Shown: positions 11,426-18,817 of the stretch, in pieces
Layout of the letters: each line of letters starts with the position of its first letter
Position numbering within the stretch: the stretch's first letter is position 1
Source of the DNA: Minisyncoccota bacterium
GTDB lineage: Bacteria; Patescibacteriota; Minisyncoccia; Phycocordibacterales; JBAYGS01
Direction of reading: 5' to 3'
Length of the DNA stretch: 64,000 nt
Assembly (NCBI GenBank): GCA_041666545.1
Contig: JBAYGS010000002.1
Span: 6,065-70,064, forward strand
Translations under genes and position numbers: made by a program
The notes under the pieces: generated by a model
The model's database searches: none
Seen by the model: only the letters and a program-made list of their open reading frames with translations
Told to the model about the DNA's origin: nothing

Positions 11426-11476
11426 TTTCTCAAATTGTATAAGGAGATAGTTTGTAGGGCGCACCGAAAGCATAAG

Positions 11477-11998
11477 TCAGAAATTAATCGGTGTTAAGTC
11501 TGTACAACTGTATTTATTGATTCCAAATTGTTCTAAGTTTGAAAATATTGTCCTTGAAGTTGAGGCTATGTTTGCAAGGTATTCTTTTTCGTAACGAGTA
11601 GCTTCACTGTTGCCGCTGATGGTTACTACAAATGGTTTATAAAATTGGCCCTGGTCTAGTTGTTTATTCACAAAGGACATATTGTGTATCATTGTTAGAA
11701 CGGAACTTTTGTCCCCGTGTCTTGATAAATAATTTACAGCCCTATCCATATCGTTTGTATATACTTCAGTCAAGTATCTTGCCAGTACATTCTCATTTTC
11801 TGCCGGTCCAAGTGAAAAGTGTTTTGCGGTTCTCCAGTTTAAGCAGGAAGTAATCTTAACAGTTTTATTGGCAGATAAATCTTGGTTGTAATATTGCATT
11901 ACGGCAATCATAACTCCAAATGCGGCAATAAATGGTCCCCATTTACCGAGGAACTCATTAATTTTTGCTAAATAATTTTCTTTGTCTGCTTCTTTCAT
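11477..11998 (-). CDS. Hypothetical membrane-anchored protein, AT-rich
   Basis: 173-aa ORF with one N-terminal TM; no recognised motif. Confidence 0.6.
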   Translation of the reverse strand: MKEADKENYLAKINEFLGKWGPFIAAFGVMIAVMQYYNQDLSANKTVKITSCLNWRTAKHFSLGPAENENVLARYLTEVYTNDMDRAVNYLSRHGDKSSVLTMIHNMSFVNKQLDQGQFYKPFVVTISGNSEATRYEKEYLANIASTSRTIFSNLEQFGINKYSCTDLTPINF

Positions 11999-12088
11999 TT
12001 GATTGATTATTTAATGCTAATGCTATCATCTTCACTTACAAAGTAAATCGCTTCAAAAAAGGCTGATTTTAGGGTATTATTTAAGCCT

Positions 12089-12367
12089 ATGGATGAAGCG
12101 GGAATAGAGAAATTGGCCAAATTGGCCCGGTTGAAGCTTTCGACCGAAGAGAAGAAGAAATTCGCCAAGGAAATTGGCGCGATTTTGGAATATGTCGGCC
12201 AGATCAAGGAGGCTGGGGCAGAAACGGCCGAAAGGAAAATTCCTGATTTGAGAAATGTCATGAGGGCCGATGATGCATCTCACGAAAGCGGAATTCATAC
12301 CGAAGACCTGCTTAATTCAGCGCCGGAGAGAGAAGGGCAGTACATTAAAGTGAAAAAAATTCTCTAA
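12089..12367 (+). CDS. gatC: Asp/Glu-tRNA amidotransferase subunit C
   Basis: LAKLARLKL, NVMRAD, YIKVKKIL; precedes gatA. Confidence 0.93.
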   Translation: MDEAGIEKLAKLARLKLSTEEKKKFAKEIGAILEYVGQIKEAGAETAERKIPDLRNVMRADDASHESGIHTEDLLNSAPEREGQYIKVKKIL

Positions 12368-12513
12368 GCACCAAATGACAAATTACAAGTTCCAAATAAA
12401 TTCCAAGCATCAAATCAATAATAAGTTACCTTGTAATTTTGAATTTATAATTTGATTATTATTTGGAACTTGAATATTAGAATTTGAAATTTTAAATAAC
12501 TGTCGGTTTGAAC

Positions 12514-13959
12514 ATGATTAACCTAAAAGAACTAACAATCAAGAAGGCTAGAAAGCATTTAGACGATGGTGATTTCACTGCGGTTGATTTGGCCAAAGCT
12601 TATTTGAAAGAAATTGAAGCTAAAAACAAAGAGCTCAATGTTTACTTGGAAGTGTTTTCTGATGTTTTGGAGCAAGCCACAGAAGCTGACCGACAACTTC
12701 AAAACTTCAAAACTTCAAAACTTGAAACTCCGGCTCTGCTCGGTATTCCTCTTGCGATTAAGGATAATATTTTAATCAAAGGCAGAAAGGCCGGTTCAGC
12801 TTCAAAGATTCTTGAAGGTTATGTCGCAACCTATGACGCGACTGCAATTAAAAAATTGAAAGAGGCGGGAGCGATTTTCTTAGGCCGAGTAAACATGGAC
12901 GAGTTTGCCATGGGTGGTTCGACTGAAAATTCAGCTTACGGTCCGACCAGAAATCCTCACGATTCGGGAAGGGTGGCCGGTGGCTCTTCCGGTGGTTCAG
13001 CGGCGGCGGTAGCGGCCAATCTGGCCCTTGGCGCGCTTGGATCTGACACGGGTGGCTCGGTACGACAGCCAGCAAGCTTCTGCGGGGTAGTGGGTTTGAA
13101 ACCCACCTACGGCTCAGTTTCTCGATCAGGACTCATGGCCATGGCCTCATCGCTTGATGTCATCGGTCCGGTTGCCAAAACCGCCGAGGATGCGGAAATA
13201 ATTTTTAATGTTATCAAAGGAAAAGATCCGCTCGACAGCACTTCTTCTAATTTCTCAACTTCTCAACTTCCTAACTTCTCAACTTCTAAACTAACTATCG
13301 GGATTCCGGAAGAGATTTTAAAAATTGAGGGTTTGTCTCAGTCTGTGAGAGAAGTTCTTGATTCTGCCAAAGCTAAATTCGAGTCACTGGGTTTCAAAAT
13401 CAAACCGGTTTCTTTGCCAAAAATAAAATATTCGCTTTCGGCCTATTACATTATTGTGCCGGCCGAAGTTTCTTCCAACATGGCGCGTTTTGACGGCGTG
13501 AAATACGGAGCCAAAGTCCCGGGCGCTGATCTTCTGGAGGACTATCTTAAAACTCGGGGAGAGCTTTTGGGTCCGGAAGTTCGAAGGCGAATTATTATCG
13601 GCACCTATGTGCTTTCTTCCGGCTATTATGACGCTTATTATCACAAAGCCAATGTGGTTCGTGGTTTTATCGCGGATGATTTTGCCAACGCCTTTAAGGA
13701 TGTCGATTTGATTTTGATGCCAACGGCCCCATCACCAGCCTTCAAAATCGGGGAGAAGGCTGCCAATCCTCTAGAGCTTTATCTGGAGGATGTCTTCACG
13801 GTTCCAGCCAATCTGGTTGGTCTACCGGCGATTTCCATTCCGGCCGGTTTCGCGGAGGCAGATGGCAAAAAGTTGCCGGTGGGGATTCAGCTCATTGCTC
13901 CAAAGGGCGGTGAGGGAGTAATATTTAAAGCAAGTAGGGAGTTCTTGAGTGAAAAATAA
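12514..13959 (+). CDS. gatA: Asp/Glu-tRNA amidotransferase subunit A
   Basis: Amidase signature (KDNI, DEFAMG, GGSSGGS, GSDTGGSVRQPA), SSNMARFDG, EVRRRIIIGTYVLSSGYYDAYY. Confidence 0.96.
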   Translation: MINLKELTIKKARKHLDDGDFTAVDLAKAYLKEIEAKNKELNVYLEVFSDVLEQATEADRQLQNFKTSKLETPALLGIPLAIKDNILIKGRKAGSASKILEGYVATYDATAIKKLKEAGAIFLGRVNMDEFAMGGSTENSAYGPTRNPHDSGRVAGGSSGGSAAAVAANLALGALGSDTGGSVRQPASFCGVVGLKPTYGSVSRSGLMAMASSLDVIGPVAKTAEDAEIIFNVIKGKDPLDSTSSNFSTSQLPNFSTSKLTIGIPEEILKIEGLSQSVREVLDSAKAKFESLGFKIKPVSLPKIKYSLSAYYIIVPAEVSSNMARFDGVKYGAKVPGADLLEDYLKTRGELLGPEVRRRIIIGTYVLSSGYYDAYYHKANVVRGFIADDFANAFKDVDLILMPTAPSPAFKIGEKAANPLELYLEDVFTVPANLVGLPAISIPAGFAEADGKKLPVGIQLIAPKGGEGVIFKASREFLSEK

Positions 13960-13961
13960 TT

Positions 13962-14531
13962 ATGGACGCCAGATTTTTAAATCTTGAATATTTTTTCCGG
14001 GCCATTTATGACGCTCTGCGCCATCTGACTTTTACCGGAATTTTGGATTACCTCTCGAATATTTTGGCGATTATTACACCTTACTCGATTATGATTTCAG
14101 TCCTGCTTCTGGTCGGGATTGTTTACTGCTTAATGCGAATCAAACAGTTGCGTGAGGCCGAGGAAGAACAGTTTGCTCAAAACAAGGAGGCGGCGGCTGA
14201 GGCCAAGTCGGAAATGGTCAATAAGAAATGGCAAAGAGTTTTGGAACACATCGGTTCGGCCAATCCGGGGGATTGGCGTTTGGCGATTATGGAAGCTGAC
14301 ATTATGCTTGATGAACTTTTGGAAAAATTGGGCTATCAAGGTGATGGGATTGGCGAGAAATTAAAGAGTGTTGAGAAGAGTGATTTTACCTCAATTGATC
14401 AGGCTTGGGAGGCACATAAGGTCAGGAATCAGATTGCGCACGAAGGCTCGGAATTCCAGTTGAGTGAACGCGAGGCCAAGAGGGTAGTCAGTCTTTTCGA
14501 AGCAGTCTTCAAAGAGTTTAAGTTTGTGTAG
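13962..14531 (+). CDS. Hypothetical membrane protein
   Basis: N-terminal TM; WRLAIMEADIMLD...GEKLK...AWEAHKVRNQIAHE (HEPN-like RnxxAH). Confidence 0.7.
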   Translation: MDARFLNLEYFFRAIYDALRHLTFTGILDYLSNILAIITPYSIMISVLLLVGIVYCLMRIKQLREAEEEQFAQNKEAAAEAKSEMVNKKWQRVLEHIGSANPGDWRLAIMEADIMLDELLEKLGYQGDGIGEKLKSVEKSDFTSIDQAWEAHKVRNQIAHEGSEFQLSEREAKRVVSLFEAVFKEFKFV

Positions 14532-15221
14532 CTAAAATTTTTCAACATGTTTCCGAAAGGCCGAGATAGAACCCAACACTTCTCTTCTTAAATCTGTGCC
14601 CAGTCTGACTTTGACTCTCAAAGTCCCAAGGTAGTTTTCGTTGTTTCCATATACCTTTTTTATGGGGGTTTTAATTAGGCTCGGCTTGGTAAATTGTGTT
14701 TCTGGTATGCCTAAAATCCTCGACCATTTCGAAGTTATCTGCTCGAGCCTTTTTTCGTGTACTCTGTTTATGCTGATACGCAATATCAGTCTGTGCTTGT
14801 CGATTGAGTGTGTCGTCTGTAGCCAAACGAGTATAATTTTAATTATGTCGGGATCGCTGTTGGTGATCCCAAATTCCTCGTTGCCTTTTTTATATCCTTC
14901 CGCCCAATATAGTGCCAAACCTATCATGTTTAAGTCACGCTTAGTTATCTGACCGATCTTGTTGAACCCAGTTTTCGTAAGACTGGCAATTTTTTGCAGC
15001 CGATTTCTTCTAAGTCTTTCAGTGTGGGCGGACAGGCCTCTTAAGCCACTTATTTTAAGCCTGTTCTTTATCTCGGTTTTTTGTTTTTGTGTAAGTGTAA
15101 TATCTCTACACCAATAACTGACCGTCGTCTTGTTTGCCGATAGCAATAATGATATCTCGGTTATTGTTTTTCCAGCTTTTCTTAGAGATCTTGCTTCTTC
15201 TTTTTTCTTAATTTGTGCCAT
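14532..15221 (-). CDS. HTH + LAGLIDADG-like endonuclease-fold protein
   Basis: N-terminal HTH (ARSLRKAGKTITEIS...KTTVSYW); GLALYWAEG helix followed by ITNSDPDII. Confidence 0.7.
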   Translation of the reverse strand: MAQIKKKEEARSLRKAGKTITEISLLLSANKTTVSYWCRDITLTQKQKTEIKNRLKISGLRGLSAHTERLRRNRLQKIASLTKTGFNKIGQITKRDLNMIGLALYWAEGYKKGNEEFGITNSDPDIIKIILVWLQTTHSIDKHRLILRISINRVHEKRLEQITSKWSRILGIPETQFTKPSLIKTPIKKVYGNNENYLGTLRVKVRLGTDLRREVLGSISAFRKHVEKF

Positions 15222-15307
15222 GGTGCTTAGGCAATTGTACCGTACTCGTAATTACAGTGCTTGCTAGCGGCCGTCTTTTGGGTTATCCTTTACCTTGCAG
15301 AGAATAT

Positions 15308-15587
15308 CGCGGGGTAGAGCAGCGGTAGCTCGTCAGGCTCAATTGGGCTCACATATGTAGTAATGCTATGTGGAATATCTATCAAACTCGGTGAAACTTT
15401 ACCTGCCTGTGGCAGCTAGCAATACCGAGCCAAGCCCTGAAATATCAGGGAAGGTGTAGAGACTAGACGGTAGACCCCTTTAGGATAAAGGGTGAAGGTA
15501 TAGTCCAGACCACAAACCGAAAAGGCAACGAAAGTTGTAGTGGTAAGCATAACCTGAAGGTCGTTGGTTCAAATCCAACCCCCGCAA
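15308..15587 (+). tRNA. tRNA-fMet (CAT) interrupted by a group I intron; exons 15308-15339 and 15548-15587
   Basis: Joined exons give CGCGGGG TAGAGCAGCGGTAGCTCG TCAGG CTCATAA CCTGA AGGTC GTTGG TTCAAAT CCAAC CCCCGCA A with the C1:A72 initiator mismatch. Confidence 0.93.
15340..15547 (+). ncRNA. Group I self-splicing intron (208 nt) after U33 of tRNA-fMet
   Basis: 5' exon ends in U, intron ends in G; P/Q/R/S-like AAACTCGGTGAAAC, AATACCGAGC, GTAGAGACTAGACGG, AAGGTATAGTCC. Confidence 0.92.
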
Positions 15588-15659
15588 CAATTTAAGAAAA
15601 ATCGCCCAGAACGGTGGCGATTTTTCTTTGTAAAAATTTTATGTTATCTTAATTTCATT

Positions 15660-15732
15660 GTCGGGGTAGCTCAGTTGGTAGAGCACAGGACTCATAAGCC
15701 TGGGGTCGTGGGTTCGATCCCCACCCCCGACA
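15660..15732 (+). tRNA. tRNA with CAT anticodon (elongator Met or Ile2)
   Basis: GTCGGGG/CCCCGAC acceptor, D arm GCTC/GAGC, loop CTCATAA, T loop TTCGATC. Confidence 0.9.
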
Positions 15733-16002
15733 CACGAAGTGGTTAGGCCGACACGAGTAGTGTCGGCGGGGGATGGGGTCGAAAAGCTTCTCCCATATTT
15801 TTGAGGATTTCCTAATCTGAAAAAACGGGAAAGCTGTACTGAAGCTGCAAGCTTCGACCCCCACCCTCGACACAAATTTTTCTCTGTGCACAACCGGCTT
15901 GCTTATAAAAAGCGAGTTGTTTTGCTGTATCCACAGACTGACTACTTAAATTTCCGACTAGGAGTATCATTATTGTCAGAACCTCAACCAAAGGATTCGG
16001 TT

Positions 16003-16476
16003 ATGAAAGTTATTAAGTTCGCGGTTGTTTTGTTTGTCTCAATTACGGCGCAGGCCCAGACTAACGCACCATTTGCCTTTGCTAAACTTTCCGACAAGCC
16101 GAGTTTACCACTCGTATCTCCGGAAGGCCGGATTATTGAGGCCAGGATCAAAAAGCTTGACCAGTCCGCTTTTGAAAAACGCGTTGCCAAACTCGGCTTG
16201 CCCCAGCTTCAGCAGAAACCTGAGCCAGCCGGCAGTTTTCAGAAGATTTTGAATGGTATTGACCTCGATCTGCCTGAAGGTGAGGGCCCTGAGATGATCA
16301 ACATCGAGACGGTGAGCTTTGGTCGCGGCAATGCCGAGACTTTTTACGACCGGGTTGATGTCTTCGAGTCAAATCTTTCGCCCCGAGTTTCCGTTTGCTA
16401 TCCGACCTTGATCTTCGAATCTTCGAGCCGAGGCGGCAATGACGGTGCCTTTTTCCTGCTTAATCTCAAGTTCTAG
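16003..16476 (+). CDS. Hypothetical secreted protein
   Basis: AAGGA SD, signal peptide MKVIKFAVVLFVSITAQA, terminator hairpin downstream. Confidence 0.65.
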   Translation: MKVIKFAVVLFVSITAQAQTNAPFAFAKLSDKPSLPLVSPEGRIIEARIKKLDQSAFEKRVAKLGLPQLQQKPEPAGSFQKILNGIDLDLPEGEGPEMINIETVSFGRGNAETFYDRVDVFESNLSPRVSVCYPTLIFESSSRGGNDGAFFLLNLKF

Positions 16477-16555
16477 TTTCATTCAAAGCGACCCAACCGG
16501 GTCGCTTTTTGTTGCCCTAAAATGAAAAATCTGTTAGATTTTGGTAGTTAGAAAT

Positions 16556-16627
16556 GCGGTTGTAGCTCAACGGTAGAGCACTCCCCTGTCACGGGAGAGG
16601 TCGCGGGGTCAGCACCCGTCAACCGCG
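16556..16627 (+). tRNA. tRNA-Asp (GTC)
   Basis: GCGGTTG/CAACCGC acceptor, CTCCC-CTGTCAC-GGGAG anticodon arm, G73; T loop atypical (GTCAGCA). Confidence 0.88.
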
Positions 16628-16914
16628 CAAACAAAACCCCGCAAGGGGTTTTTGCTTGCGCGGTTGAAGAAATGTCTGGGAGACATTTCGTCGGGTGCTG
16701 ACCAGCGGAGCGGGCACCGGCTCACCAGAGCCGGGCGCGAGCTGGCGGTTAAACAAAGTTTTGCGACGGCAAAACTTTAGTTGGAACCAGCACCCGTCAA
16801 CCGCGCACTGATTTCGTTGCTATTTTAAGCCACGAAGAATTCATGGGTGCAATGGACTTGGACCATGTTATAATTTCCTTATTCATTCATTATTAATTAC
16901 ATACAAATAGTCAT

Positions 16915-17184
16915 ATGGAACAAATTAAAAAAGATCCTAAAATTGAAGGAAATCAAGGCTTGGATGTTATTGTCTCCAGTCTAGCTTCAAGTGGGGCCAA
17001 TCTACCAGGTCTTGAATTAGCTATTAATGATGTTCGTCTGGCAATGCGTGATCCAAGTTCCTCAGACAGACCGAAAGCCAATGCCTCCTTAGACTTATTA
17101 GTACAAGAACTGAATGATAAGGGGGTAGACTTGACTAGAGTGCAGGATCAAGTAACTGCAGTAAGACAAGCAATCCGAGGATAA
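16915..17184 (+). CDS. Small hypothetical protein
   Basis: 89-aa ORF after TATAAT and an AT-rich leader. Confidence 0.55.
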   Translation: MEQIKKDPKIEGNQGLDVIVSSLASSGANLPGLELAINDVRLAMRDPSSSDRPKANASLDLLVQELNDKGVDLTRVQDQVTAVRQAIRG

Positions 17185-17500
17185 TTTTATCCCAAATTGG
17201 GTATTATTATAGGCATACTCGTTGTGGTCTTGAATAGTAGTTCCTATCTCGTCCACTAGTCCGCGCAAACAAAAACGCCTCCGGGCGTTTTTGCTGTTCT
17301 TTTTTGCAGAGAACCCCGCCCGACTCCCTCCGCCCCGCGGAGGGCGGGGTGAATGCATCGGTCTAAACGCGAAGCGCGACCCAAAGGAAACCCCGCATGA
17401 CCGAGTCTTCGAGGAAGCGCGGGGAGGACGTCCGTTTGATTTTTGCCTCGAAGTGAGTAATATCAAAGTAGAGAAAACCTAAACAGAAAGGTAGTGTGTT

Positions 17501-18163
17501 ATGGCATGGCCGAAATTGTTAGTTTTGGTGAGACACGCAGAGTCGGAAGGTAATGTGAGAACTTCAGCCGAGCGGGCCAAGTACCCAGTGAGTACTTGGG
17601 AGTATCCGCTTACGCCTCATGGCGAGTGGCAGTCTGGTTGGGCCGGTGACTTTGTTAAGAGGGAGTTCGGCCAATTTGATGTTCGGTATGTTTCCTACTA
17701 CGAACGGTCAAGGCAGACGATGCGGATCATGTTTCCCCACGGCAAAGTCTATGAGGACCCCCGCTTGGCCGAAGCGCAGAGAGGAATTTTTCACACTCTG
17801 ACAAACGAAGAAGTGGCACAGAGGTACCCGGAGGAGGTTCGACGCAAGAAACTGGAAGGCCTCTATCATTACCGGCCACCCGGTGGTGAGAACTGGCCGG
17901 ATGTGGAGTTGAGAATTCACAGCTTTCTCGGGACTTTAAATCGCGATTGCGACGATAAGAAAGTGATCATGGTGGTTCACGGCAACTGGCTCATTCTTTT
18001 TCAGCGCCTGATTCACCATTTCTCAATCAAGGAGGCTGTTAGGAGATATAAGAATGCCACCTTCGATAACGCTTCTGTCACTTGGTACGAAAGTCGAATC
18101 ATCAGAGGTCAGTCTCGATTGATTCTCGTTGGTCAGAATGTTGTTCCTTGGGCCGGTAAATAG
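17501..18163 (+). CDS. Histidine phosphatase (phosphoglycerate mutase) family
   Basis: LVRHAESEGN, LAE..RG, PGGE, VVHG. Confidence 0.9.
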   Translation: MAWPKLLVLVRHAESEGNVRTSAERAKYPVSTWEYPLTPHGEWQSGWAGDFVKREFGQFDVRYVSYYERSRQTMRIMFPHGKVYEDPRLAEAQRGIFHTLTNEEVAQRYPEEVRRKKLEGLYHYRPPGGENWPDVELRIHSFLGTLNRDCDDKKVIMVVHGNWLILFQRLIHHFSIKEAVRRYKNATFDNASVTWYESRIIRGQSRLILVGQNVVPWAGK

Positions 18164-18302
18164 TCATCGGTCAGCCGCCTGATTTTCGGGCGGCTTTTAA
18201 TTATTTCGTGAGAGATGGATGTCGGTGTGTCTTGGGTTTGTGTACTTTTTTCTTGAAAGTATTTTAGATTGTGCTATTTTAATAAATAGAAGAAAGGTTG
18301 CT

Positions 18303-18677
18303 ATGAAAAAATCATTTGCCGTTAGAATTAGCCGTTTACCTATCAGATCAAGAGATCAGAAGGAAGATTGGCAAGATCTGGCTAAAATTGAGATTGGTGG
18401 GTCAGTTCCCGAAGACTTTGTTGGGTTGTATATGGCCAAGGCCAAAGTTTTTGTCAGTCTTACCACCATGCTGTCAACATTTGTCGATCCGTCTTTTCTT
18501 CCTGAATATAAGTTAAATCTATCTGACGGCAGTCCGTACCTCCGCTTTACTGGGTCTCATCGGGTAGCCTATGCCAAATGCGATGTCCATAGAGTTAATG
18601 GGGCGGAAATACAGCTGTTTTGGACACATCTCGCTGCTGTGGCGCGACTTCACGATTGGTTGGAAGTGGCTACTTGA
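18303..18677 (+). CDS. Hypothetical protein
   Basis: GAAAGG SD before ATG 18303; no motif recognised. Confidence 0.5.
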   Translation: MKKSFAVRISRLPIRSRDQKEDWQDLAKIEIGGSVPEDFVGLYMAKAKVFVSLTTMLSTFVDPSFLPEYKLNLSDGSPYLRFTGSHRVAYAKCDVHRVNGAEIQLFWTHLAAVARLHDWLEVAT

Positions 18678-18817
18678 ATCTGTATTTAATAATACCGATT
18701 TGTCTCCCTATCTCGGCCCCGATTAAGCGGGGCCTTTTGTATCGTCATCTGATAATATCAGCTAAGAGATTTTTCCTGACCTACTTGGTATACTTTCTCT
18801 ATATCTAATCTCTTTCA

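Noticed and set aside
15564-15893. Short ORFs 15564-15746, 15639-15893 and 15655-15891
   Set aside because: They overlap tRNA genes and their structured tail; shadow ORFs
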